Shown here piece by piece: positions 7,733 through 16,693 of a stretch of 32,000 bases of DNA. Made by a program: the position numbers and the translations under genes. This stretch comes from Alkanindiges illinoisensis DSM 15370 (GTDB lineage: Bacteria > Pseudomonadota > Gammaproteobacteria > Pseudomonadales > Moraxellaceae). The DNA is taken from NCBI RefSeq assembly GCF_000619845.1, contig NZ_JHUX01000008.1, positions 144,566 to 176,565 of the forward strand, given 5' to 3'. The notes under the pieces were generated by a model. The model ran no database searches and had not been told where the DNA came from. It saw only the letters and a program-made list of their open reading frames with translations. Position 1 is the first letter of the stretch, and every line of letters starts with the position of its first letter.

Positions 7733-8704
7733 TCACGTTGAGGATTGATGGGAAAGACCCGGTAAATCAGGGTTCAGGCTTTGTTCGGTTCCTGCAAAGC
7801 GTTGCAGCATTTGTTCAATTCGCTGATCCTTATCCTGCCACAGCTGGGTGACCCAGTCCTGAAAGCGCGCACGGTAAGCCATGTCTTCTTCATAGTCGCC
7901 GGCCAGTACCCAGCCCGGCAATTCAATCTGACGAATATCTACACCAATCCGTCGCACACGCCCTGTCCAGAAATCGCCGTAGGTTGGGATGCCGTCCGGA
8001 TACACAATGGTCATGTCCATAAGCGCATCAATTTCCTTGCCTAGAATTTGTAGCGCCAGTGCAATGCCACCAGTCTTGGGTTTCAGCAAATGCTGGTAAG
8101 GCGAGTTTTGTTCCTGATGTTTTTTTGCCGTAAAACGCGTGCCTTCCAGATAATTGAGCAGCGTATAGGGCTGGCGCTGCAAGTTAGAACAGGCACGCTT
8201 GGCTTCTTCCAGATCCTGCAACTTTAAGGCTGGATTCTTGGCAATGGCCTGCTTGCTATGGCGTTTCATCATGGGAAAGCCCAGAATCTTGAAGGCCAAT
8301 CCTAAAAATGGAATAAAGATCAGTTCCCACTTGGTAAAAAAGCGGGTCAGCGGCATGCGTGTCAGGCCGACATACTGCATGATGGTGGTATCTACCCAGC
8401 TTTGATGGTTGCACATCAGCAGATAACGCCCATCCAGGCTTAATTCGGTGGGCAGGGTAATTTGCCAGTCGATATCCGGCAACACATGATCAATCAGCCA
8501 GTTATTCACACCCAGCCAGCTATTGGTCAAACCAATCGCCATTTCATCAATTTTGCGCGAAGGAATGATGGTTTTGAGCAGGCCCAGTGTCAGTACTGGC
8601 GGCCCATGCAAAAAAGTGCTTGATGTAATGGCAGTTGCAATGGTCAGGCCACGCAGCTTTTCAGCCACTTTCTTGTTTTTCATAAATTTGTCTAATACAG
8701 CCAT
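7733..8704 (-). CDS. yihG: lysophospholipid acyltransferase (PlsC/AGPAT family), YihG-like
   Basis: HX4D motif (CNHQSWVD), LEGTRF motif, KPKTGGIALAL and VYPDG blocks. The length and block order match E. coli YihG as I remember it. Confidence 0.75.
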   Translation of the reverse strand: MAVLDKFMKNKKVAEKLRGLTIATAITSSTFLHGPPVLTLGLLKTIIPSRKIDEMAIGLTNSWLGVNNWLIDHVLPDIDWQITLPTELSLDGRYLLMCNHQSWVDTTIMQYVGLTRMPLTRFFTKWELIFIPFLGLAFKILGFPMMKRHSKQAIAKNPALKLQDLEEAKRACSNLQRQPYTLLNYLEGTRFTAKKHQEQNSPYQHLLKPKTGGIALALQILGKEIDALMDMTIVYPDGIPTYGDFWTGRVRRIGVDIRQIELPGWVLAGDYEEDMAYRARFQDWVTQLWQDKDQRIEQMLQRFAGTEQSLNPDLPGLSHQSST

Positions 8705-8942
8705 AAAGCGACTTTCTCACTTGCAACGTTATTTACCGTCCTGATGGTAAAAAAGAATAGGGGAGAGTGCAAATTGCATTTTGTTCCAAAAAGCAGCCAT
8801 GACCTGAATTAATCCGTCTCAGGCCAAACTGCCCTAAAGAAATAGGAGAAAACCAGACAAAAATGGCCTAATTGATTAGAAATAAAGCAAATGCTCAACC
8901 CAAATGTAACAAAAAAATTATTTGTTAACAAAAAGAGTATAG

Positions 8943-8979
8943 TGCTGGAAAACATTCCTGCTCAGAATGTTTTCCAGCA
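8943..8979. repeat. perfect 15-bp inverted repeat with a 7-nt spacer upstream of the OmpA-family lipoprotein gene
   Basis: TGCTGGAAAACATTC (8943-8957) is the exact reverse complement of GAATGTTTTCCAGCA (8965-8979). It lies 15 nt upstream of the AAGGAG Shine-Dalgarno (8995-9000). Confidence 0.9.
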
Positions 8980-9008
8980 AGTTCAATAAATTACTAAGGA
9001 GAAAATCC

Positions 9009-9653
9009 ATGCGTGCACTTGTGATTACAGCGTTGGTGGGTAGCTTGTCATTGGCGGGTTGTACTACTGATCCAACAACTGGTCAGCGTGATTATAATAA
9101 AACTGCAATTGGTGCCGGTTTGGGTGCCCTGCTGGGTGCTGGTGTTGCCAAGTCAAATGGCGATAAAGACAAGGCTGGCCGTGCAGCTGCCATTGGCGCG
9201 GTTGTTGGCGCTGCTGGTGGTTACTTCCTTGACCAGAAAGAGAAAAAACTACGTCAGCAAATGGCAGGTACAGGGGTTGATGTATCACGTAATCCTGATG
9301 GTTCCATTGCACTGGTGATGCCGGGCAACATTACTTTTGCCACCAATTCTGCCAGTATCAGCCCAAGCTTCTACTCTACGCTGGACAAAGTAGCAGCGAC
9401 ACTGGCTGAAGATACCAAAACAGCAATTGTGGTTAGCGGCCATACTGACAGCACTGGTAGCGATGCCATTAACCTGCCATTGTCACAAAACCGCGCTAAT
9501 GCGGTGGCCAGCTACCTGATCAACAAGGGTGTTACCAGCAACCGTATCAATGCACAGGGTTATGGTTCTGCCCAGCCAGTCGCTTCCAATGCCACTGCCG
9601 AAGGCAAGCAACAAAACCGTCGTGTTGAGCTGAGCATTTACGCACGTCAATAA
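9009..9653 (+). CDS. OmpA-family peptidoglycan-binding lipoprotein (YiaD-like)
   Basis: AAGGAG sits 8 nt before ATG 9009. The lipobox is LSLAGC. There is a glycine-zipper segment (GAGLGALLGAGVA) and a C-terminal OmpA domain (GHTDSTGS, NLPLSQNRA, NRRVEL). Confidence 0.88.
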   Translation: MRALVITALVGSLSLAGCTTDPTTGQRDYNKTAIGAGLGALLGAGVAKSNGDKDKAGRAAAIGAVVGAAGGYFLDQKEKKLRQQMAGTGVDVSRNPDGSIALVMPGNITFATNSASISPSFYSTLDKVAATLAEDTKTAIVVSGHTDSTGSDAINLPLSQNRANAVASYLINKGVTSNRINAQGYGSAQPVASNATAEGKQQNRRVELSIYARQ

Positions 9654-9670
9654 GCGTTAATTTTCAGATA

Positions 9671-9699
9671 AAAAACCGGCAATTCATGCCGGTTTTTTT
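9671..9699 (+). terminator. rho-independent terminator
   Basis: An AACCGGCA / TGCCGGTT stem is followed by a T7 run. Confidence 0.8.
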
Positions 9700-9884
9700 A
9701 TGGATTTTTAAAGCTGAAATAAAAGCCAGAAGTTTTATTCGTCGCATAAACCACTGCAAGGATTCATTTTAGGGAAAGTTTTATGTTATTTTGCCAAGGC
9801 TAGTGTTAGGATGCTAGTGTTAAGAGCGATCTAGCTGCATTGAGGCAGTGAGTAAACAACAAGATAAAACGCCTGAGGGAAGCC

Positions 9885-10712
9885 ATGCGTTATTTACCAA
9901 TGCATTATTTACCGGTCATTACACTGTTGGCAGCTGCATTCACAGGATGTGCCACGACACCTAAACCTGAGGCAACCCAGGCACATAAGTTTGATTTGTT
10001 TGGATTAATTAAGTACAAGCAGCAGCCAAACGAAGAGGCAATTGCCAATCCTTCGACCTTAAAAACCATTGATTATGCCCATACCGATCCGCACAAAAAT
10101 CGGTTCCGGCTTGATCCGTTTTCAGTGGGTGGCTGGGTGAACCAGAACGAAGGCGAGCCATTCAAGCAGGTGATGCCCACTACCGCCAATTCTGCCATTG
10201 TGTATTTATACCGCACCCACAGTACCTGGAATCATCAGGAAATTGTTGCGCCCAACTTCTTTTTAAATGACAAGCGCATTCCAAGCCTGCTGGATAACCA
10301 TTACTACTGGATTGAGTTGCCTGCAGGAACCTATCGCCTGAATATTAGCCGTCCGGTAGGTGTGATTCATTTCCAGAAAGGCACGGCGGTTGATTTTTCT
10401 GTGGAAGCAGGCAAAAGCTACTTTTTACGCTATGAAGAACAAAAATTCCGTGGCACACCCAATAAAGCGGATGGGCTGCTAAAAGCCGGGCCACTGATGC
10501 AGATGCCGACAGAGCAGGCCTTACGTGAAATCAGCGGCACTACCTTAAGAACACCGGGCTATAGCTTTGTGAAGCGTGACAATATTGATCAGCCGGAATT
10601 GGCAGCCTTTAATGGTAAAGTCCCAGACAAGGTCAATAAAAAGCAACTGGAAGAGAAAAAGCAGCTTCATCTGGACAAGCCATTCAAGCTGTGGAATCCG
10701 CTAACCTGGTAA
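9885..10712 (+). CDS. probable lipoprotein, DUF2846-like
   Basis: Signal peptide with Cys (LLAAAFTGC). The central segment IVYLYR...FFLNDKRIPSLLDNHYYWIELPAGTYRL...VEAGKSYFLRY fits the DUF2846 pattern as I remember it. A GAGGGA Shine-Dalgarno sits 4 nt upstream. Confidence 0.6.
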   Translation: MRYLPMHYLPVITLLAAAFTGCATTPKPEATQAHKFDLFGLIKYKQQPNEEAIANPSTLKTIDYAHTDPHKNRFRLDPFSVGGWVNQNEGEPFKQVMPTTANSAIVYLYRTHSTWNHQEIVAPNFFLNDKRIPSLLDNHYYWIELPAGTYRLNISRPVGVIHFQKGTAVDFSVEAGKSYFLRYEEQKFRGTPNKADGLLKAGPLMQMPTEQALREISGTTLRTPGYSFVKRDNIDQPELAAFNGKVPDKVNKKQLEEKKQLHLDKPFKLWNPLTW

Positions 10713-10726
10713 GTGAAAAGGTATTC

Positions 10727-10761
10727 AAAAAGCCGTATGGGTAATGTCATGCGGCTTTTTT
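10727..10761. terminator. bidirectional rho-independent terminator between convergent genes
   Basis: AAGCCGTATG pairs with CATGCGGCTT (one G-U). The stem is flanked by an A-run upstream and T6 downstream. Confidence 0.75.
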
Positions 10762-10773
10762 ATTGCTTATCAA

Positions 10774-11295
10774 TCAGGAACTGGTTTGAAGCAATTTTTC
10801 TCGCAGTACTTGCAGCTCTTTTAGCGCTTTTTCGGACGGAGCAAAGTTTGACCAGCGGGTTTGGCTGTCCTGCATGATGTTTTGCATCAACTGCGGCATC
10901 TTTTGCATCATGGATTTACCTTCGGGCGTGCGATAAAACCTAAGGCTGGCCTGAATTTCTTCTTCCGTAAATGTCTGCTGATAGCCTTTAATCATCATTG
11001 CCTTCATTTTTTCCCAACTCATCATTGAGGACATTTCTTCAAATAAAATTTCCTGCATTTGCATGACAATTGCCAGTTCATTGGCCGAAAGTTCTTCTTT
11101 TTGCAACATTTCTTTTGCTGCTTGAATGGTTTGTTGTTCAATGGCAGGCTTGGCACTTTGGGCTATTTGTGCCATCAGATTTTTTGCTTCAGTTTCTACC
11201 AGCATTTGCTCAATGGATTCAAGTTTTGCCGGGGTAGCCATGGCATAAGAGGTACAAAAACCTAAACTCATTATTAGAACTATCTTTTTAAACAT
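10774..11295 (-). CDS. periplasmic DUF2059-family protein
   Basis: The internal ATG at 11295 gives the signal peptide MFKKIVLIMSLGFCTSYAMA. The motif FYRTPEGKSMMQKMPQLMQ is typical of DUF2059. The longer track ORF (to 11412) would overlap the fumarase stop. Confidence 0.7.
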   Translation of the reverse strand: MFKKIVLIMSLGFCTSYAMATPAKLESIEQMLVETEAKNLMAQIAQSAKPAIEQQTIQAAKEMLQKEELSANELAIVMQMQEILFEEMSSMMSWEKMKAMMIKGYQQTFTEEEIQASLRFYRTPEGKSMMQKMPQLMQNIMQDSQTRWSNFAPSEKALKELQVLREKLLQTSS

Positions 11296-11398
11296 TTTTA
11301 TAACTCTATATTTAATAAAAAAGCACCCATGCTTAAGCGCATGAGTGCCTTGAGTATAGCCAACTAAAGAGTGTAACGAAATGAGGAACAGGCGTAAA

Positions 11399-12937
11399 TT
11401 AACCCGCAGCATCCGTCACTGGAATTTTACCAATCTTGGCTTGCCAGATTTTTGGCGCAGTGGCGTGTACCGAGGTGCCATTGACATCTACAGCCACAGA
11501 TACCGGCATATCTTCCACTACAAACTTGTAAATAGCTTCCATGCCTAAGTCTGCAAAGGCAACCACTTCAGCTTCACGCACGGCTTTGGAGACCAGATAA
11601 GCAGCGCCACCCACGGCCATCAAATAGGATGCACCATGCTTTTTGATGGCTTCGACGGCAGCAGGGCCACGCTCAGCCTTACCAATCATGCCAAACAGGC
11701 CAGTATGTTCCAGTACCTTGTCGGTAAATTTGTCCATGCGGGTAGCCGTGGTCGGGCCAGCAGGGCCAACCACTTCATCACGCACCGGATCAACCGGGCC
11801 AACGTAATAAATAAACTTGCCTTGCAGATCAACCGGTAATGGCTCGCCATTGTTAATCATGTCTACCATGCGCTTGTGTGCCGCATCACGGCCCGTATAC
11901 ATGGTGCCAGAGAGCAGCAGGGTGTCACCTGGTTGCCAGGCATTCATTTCTTCCCGGGTCAGGGTATCCAGATTCACGCGTTTGGATTTGGAGGTCGACC
12001 AGGTCACTTGCGGCCAGTCTTCCAGTTTCGGGATAGGCATGTGCGCAACGCCTGAGCCATCCAGATGGAAATGCGCATGGCGGGTAGCAGCACAGTTTGG
12101 AATCATGGCAACGGGTTTACCGGCAGCATGACATGGATAATCCTTGATCTTGATATCCAGTACGGTGGACAGGCCACCCAGACCTTGTGCGCCAATACCC
12201 AGTGCATTCACTTTTTCATATAGCTCAATACGCAGTTCTTCCAGCTTGTTTTGCGGGCCACGAATCAGCAACTCGTGCATGTCGATGTCTTCCATCAGGG
12301 CTTCCTTGGCCAGCAACACTGCTTTTTCAGCGGTTCCGCCAATCCCAATACCCAGCATGCCAGGTGGACACCAGCCTGCACCCATGGTTGGTACAGTTTT
12401 TAATACCCAGTCCACAATCGAGTCAGAAGGATTGAGCATCACCAGTTTGGACTTGTTTTCAGAGCCACCGCCCTTGGCTGCCACGGTGACATGCACCTGA
12501 TTGCCCGGAACCAGTTTGTAATGGATCACGGCAGGGGTATTGTCCTTGGTGTTTTGGCGGCCAAACGCAGGGTCACGCAAAATGGAAGCACGCAGCACAT
12601 TGGTATTTTCTAGATAACCCTGACGCACACCTTCATTGATCGCATCATCCAGGCTCATGCTGAGGTCAAACCGCACATCCAGACCCACTTCCATAAATAC
12701 GTTAACAATGCCGGTATCCTGACAAATCGGACGATGGCCTTCGGCACACATGCGGGAGTTAATCAGGATCTGAGCAATGGCATCCTTAGCCGCAGGGTTG
12801 GCCTCAGCTTCATAAGCGCGATTCATGGCCTGAATGAAATCCAGCGGATGGTAATAGGAAATAAACTGAAGTGCATCTTTGATTGAAGTAATCAGGTCAT
12901 CCTGTTTGATGACAGTCTGTGTTGCAAAAGAGGTCAT
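11399..12937 (-). CDS. class I (Fe-S dependent) fumarate hydratase
   Basis: 512 aa from ATG 12937 (MTSFATQTVIK...). It has a fused alpha and beta hydro-lyase architecture, with CQDTGI, GGGSENKS and C-terminal GKAERG blocks. The 48 upstream codons in the track ORF have no homology-like content. Confidence 0.9.
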   Translation of the reverse strand: MTSFATQTVIKQDDLITSIKDALQFISYYHPLDFIQAMNRAYEAEANPAAKDAIAQILINSRMCAEGHRPICQDTGIVNVFMEVGLDVRFDLSMSLDDAINEGVRQGYLENTNVLRASILRDPAFGRQNTKDNTPAVIHYKLVPGNQVHVTVAAKGGGSENKSKLVMLNPSDSIVDWVLKTVPTMGAGWCPPGMLGIGIGGTAEKAVLLAKEALMEDIDMHELLIRGPQNKLEELRIELYEKVNALGIGAQGLGGLSTVLDIKIKDYPCHAAGKPVAMIPNCAATRHAHFHLDGSGVAHMPIPKLEDWPQVTWSTSKSKRVNLDTLTREEMNAWQPGDTLLLSGTMYTGRDAAHKRMVDMINNGEPLPVDLQGKFIYYVGPVDPVRDEVVGPAGPTTATRMDKFTDKVLEHTGLFGMIGKAERGPAAVEAIKKHGASYLMAVGGAAYLVSKAVREAEVVAFADLGMEAIYKFVVEDMPVSVAVDVNGTSVHATAPKIWQAKIGKIPVTDAAG

Positions 12938-13073
12938 ATTAGGGTCTCGCAGAGGGTTTTGCTGGCCAATCGCAACATTGGGCTGGCGTTTGCGTGCAGT
13001 GCGGCGATTATACAAAAAACATACCGCAATGTGAGATACTTTAGTCCTGTACTGAAAAATAAGCTGCATTATA

Positions 13074-13583
13074 GTGATCAATAAAGCCTGTCCGGTATTA
13101 TTACGCCAGCGTCACGATGCCAAAATAAAGTACCTTGAAATTCTGGCTTTTAGGCATCCTCTTGCCGGACTGCAATTGGTAAAGGAAACCATAGAGCCGG
13201 GAGAATTGCCTACGCAGGCTGCCTTACGTGAGTTACGGGAAGAAGCAGGAATTCAGGCAAGTGTAATTAATCATTTGGGCAATCAGACCATTGCAGCAAC
13301 TGGTCAGCTTTGGCATTTTTATGGATGTAATACAAGCGATGCTTTGCCAGACCAGTGGCAATTTTTTACGCAGGATGATGGCGGGCACTGGTTTGAGTTC
13401 TTCTGGCATCCGCTGGTTATCAATAACAGTCAACAAATAGACTGGCTTGCAAATGAATCTGAAACAGTTTTAGAGGATTGGCATCCAATGTTTCAACAGG
13501 CACTGCTATATTTACAGCAGCGCCTGACAGTAATGTCCAGTGATGAACTAGTCAGAATTTTAAGTTCAATCAGGCCTTGCTAA
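13074..13583 (+). CDS. Nudix-family hydrolase
   Basis: The Nudix box EPGELPTQAALRELREEAGI fits EX7REUXEEXGU. The first Gly of the box is replaced by Glu. The start is GTG and is uncertain. Confidence 0.7.
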   Translation: MINKACPVLLRQRHDAKIKYLEILAFRHPLAGLQLVKETIEPGELPTQAALRELREEAGIQASVINHLGNQTIAATGQLWHFYGCNTSDALPDQWQFFTQDDGGHWFEFFWHPLVINNSQQIDWLANESETVLEDWHPMFQQALLYLQQRLTVMSSDELVRILSSIRPC

Positions 13584-13590
13584 CCATTGA

Positions 13591-14835
13591 TTATTCGGCA
13601 TCAAAAATCCGCGCCATGGGAATCGACAGTTTGGCTGCCAGATAATCATCAGATTGCACAAACAATGGACCAATCACCTTTAGCCAGCGGTCATCATGGT
13701 GTACACGGCCCAGGTCTTCACGTTTGGGTAAGGGATAGTTTAGTGTGCGGTAAAATGACCAGAAATCAATAGAGTTCAGGTCGCGGCACAGCATGTAATG
13801 ACCTTCTTCAGTACGCTTGATCAGGTTATTGTCTTCCAGCGTTTCCAGATAAGAAGTTTCATTTTCAAATTCGCCACGGCCTAAAATCGACAAGGCATCC
13901 TGATCGCTCACCGCCAGCCCCAGTTTTTGATGATGGTAAAACAGCTCCATAATATCAAGTAAAATCAACACAGGATGGCGGTTAATGTCGGTGCGGGTGG
14001 TAAAGGCAGTAATGGCATAGCTCACTTCCACGCCCAGCAAAATCACATTCCATGACAGGAAAATCCACAACAGGAAAACTGGGAAGGCGGCAAATGCGCC
14101 ATACACCAGTTCATAGCTGGTAAAATTACTCATCAGCAGGCCAAATGACTGGCGCAAGCCCTCAAACATCAAGGCACTAAACAGGCCCGCAATAAAGGCC
14201 GAGGTAATAGGGACACGCCGGTTAGGAATGGTCCAGTACAATAAGCTAAAGCCCAGCCAGGTCAGGGCAAATGAAATCAGCCATAGCCAGAATTCACCAT
14301 TTAGCTCATAACCGGCAATATTGTTGCTCAGAAACTTCATGGAAGCCAGGGTTGAGGATACCGCAAAGGCACTACCCAGCAGGATTGGGCCGAGGGAAAT
14401 AATCGTCCAGTAGCGCATAAAACCAATCATGCCGCCCCGCGATTTGCTCACGCGCCAGATATGGTTAAAGGCATCTTCAATAGAACTGAGCATCAGGATA
14501 GCTGTGACAAATAACACTAGAATTCCCAGCACGGTCAGGTTACTGGAAGTTTCAGTAAATTTATTCAGGTATTGCTCAACCGCAACGCCAGTACGTGGCA
14601 GCAGGTTACTGTAAATAAAATGCTGTAACTGCTCACGGGCCGGTGCCAGCGCCTTGATGGATGAAATGATCACCAGAAACACCGTGAGCATGGGCACGAC
14701 GGCAAACAGAGTGGTATAGGTGAGTGAACCTGCCTGCTGGCGGCATTTATCGGCCTCAAAACGCTCCACCACAAACAGTAAAAATTGAAACCATTCCTTG
14801 TGATAGAACGGTAATTTTTCCAGCAGTTTTAGCAT
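13591..14835 (-). CDS. yihY: YihY/BrkB-family inner-membrane protein with a C-terminal soluble extension
   Basis: The GSLTYTTLFAVVPMLTV signature is followed by about 6 TM segments and then about 130 aa that are non-membrane. ATG 14835 has GGGGA 5 nt upstream. ATG 14859 (the track start) is an alternative. Confidence 0.8.
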   Translation of the reverse strand: MLKLLEKLPFYHKEWFQFLLFVVERFEADKCRQQAGSLTYTTLFAVVPMLTVFLVIISSIKALAPAREQLQHFIYSNLLPRTGVAVEQYLNKFTETSSNLTVLGILVLFVTAILMLSSIEDAFNHIWRVSKSRGGMIGFMRYWTIISLGPILLGSAFAVSSTLASMKFLSNNIAGYELNGEFWLWLISFALTWLGFSLLYWTIPNRRVPITSAFIAGLFSALMFEGLRQSFGLLMSNFTSYELVYGAFAAFPVFLLWIFLSWNVILLGVEVSYAITAFTTRTDINRHPVLILLDIMELFYHHQKLGLAVSDQDALSILGRGEFENETSYLETLEDNNLIKRTEEGHYMLCRDLNSIDFWSFYRTLNYPLPKREDLGRVHHDDRWLKVIGPLFVQSDDYLAAKLSIPMARIFDAE

Positions 14836-14905
14836 GGATTTCCCCAATTGCACCTGCATTACAGGTTATGATTTAACAGAACTGGAAAAATCTTAACATT
14901 GTTAA

Positions 14906-15586
<681 letters not shown>

Positions 15587-15634
15587 GCGTGATACGCGTG
15601 CAACCTGACCTTAAAACGTCATCAATGATGAAAA

Positions 15635-15666
15635 AAATCCCCGGAAATATTAATTCCCGGGGATTT
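15635..15666. terminator. bidirectional terminator hairpin between convergent genes
   Basis: A perfect 10-bp stem pairs AAATCCCCGG (15635-15644) with CCGGGGATTT (15657-15666). An A-run lies upstream and the T-tract downstream is short. Confidence 0.7.
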
Positions 15667-15698
15667 GCTTGTTAGCCTGTACTAAAATATTGGTTAGG

Positions 15699-16409
15699 TT
15701 ACGATGGCTTGTAGTTGGTCAGGTTTAAGGTATACACGCTGCCATCATCATTATGGGTAACTTTCACTGGCAAGTAGTCCAGACTTGGCGCCAGCCAGAA
15801 TACGGTACTTTTATCCTTTTTCTGATGGTTAATGCGAACCTTGACCGCATCGTAACTACCACTAGGGGTATTCACTTTCACCGAGCCTTCATTGACAAAC
15901 TGGCGCGGCGTAATGTCTTTTTGGTCTGCAATCAGGTAAGTGGACTTCAGCCCGCCTTTTTTTAAGTCTTCACGCAACTGGATTTCCACATTCAGGTCAT
16001 CCAGCACTCCTGCCTGCCACGGCAGCTGACTGTTTTTCTGGTCACGTTTAACCTGAATGCTTTTGCTGGCATTGTTGAAGTCAAGGCTGGTTTGCTGGTT
16101 ATGAACCAGAATTTTGTACTGGCGCTGGTAATGCTGGGACACTACCTGATTATTGCTCAGGCTAAATACACTTTTTTCGCTGGCAGTCGCAATGACAGGC
16201 ACACGGGCGTCAAAGTTATACACCCACTGGTTGCCTTGCCGGGACAGTTTGCGCACCGCCGTACCAGATGCCTTATTATCCAGATTAAAGCTATAGGTTG
16301 CAGTAAATGGAACTACCGCATAGGCACTGCTCAGCGTGATGGATGCCAGCGCCGTTGCCAAAATGGTTTTGCAGGAAATTTTAGTCAGCATCTGTTTAAA
16401 ACCAGTCAT
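15699..16409 (-). CDS. secreted DUF3108-like protein
   Basis: Signal peptide (ILATALASITLSSAYA) followed by beta-rich sequence. The family assignment is from memory. ATG 16409 has GAGGTG about 9 nt upstream. ATGs at 16418 and 16442 are alternatives. Confidence 0.55.
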   Translation of the reverse strand: MTGFKQMLTKISCKTILATALASITLSSAYAVVPFTATYSFNLDNKASGTAVRKLSRQGNQWVYNFDARVPVIATASEKSVFSLSNNQVVSQHYQRQYKILVHNQQTSLDFNNASKSIQVKRDQKNSQLPWQAGVLDDLNVEIQLREDLKKGGLKSTYLIADQKDITPRQFVNEGSVKVNTPSGSYDAVKVRINHQKKDKSTVFWLAPSLDYLPVKVTHNDDGSVYTLNLTNYKPS

Positions 16410-16693
16410 TGTTATCATCACCTCTGCGATCTCATGCGCCATAACCTTTTAAGGCTACAGCTAGGTTTGCTTATGTTCAGTCTACACATAGATGAGGGTA
16501 AATTGCTAAACCACAAGGGAACACAACAGGGAGCAAGCATAATGCTTAGAAATTTAACCAATTCACAAAAATAAGATGAATATATGCACGCTTAATGATT
16601 CAAGTGTAGATAAATTAAACAAAGCTATTATTGGGTTTAGTAGAACAAGATAATGCAGTAAGCCCTTAAATACCCCGCCATGAACCTTTAAAC

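Noticed and set aside
8922-8931. GTTAAC-centred palindromes: TTGTTAACAA at 8922-8931 and TTAACATTGTTAA at 14893-14905
   Set aside because: These are short AT-rich palindromes that are expected by chance in AT-rich promoters. Two loosely similar copies are not enough to claim a shared operator.
11296-11412. N-terminal extension of the DUF2059 ORF (track start at 11412)
   Set aside because: It would overlap the fumarate hydratase stop and place about 39 non-signal residues before an obvious signal peptide. The internal ATG at 11295 is preferred.
12938-13081. N-terminal 48-codon extension of the fumarate hydratase ORF
   Set aside because: The extension (MITIMQLIFQYRTKVSHIAVCF...) has no counterpart in class I fumarases. 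It would also consume the divergent promoter region shared with the Nudix gene.
16092-16574. 160-aa plus-strand ORF antisense to the DUF3108-like gene
   Set aside because: The minus-strand product has a signal peptide and a consistent beta-rich sequence. The plus-strand product is His/Arg/Cys-rich with no features.
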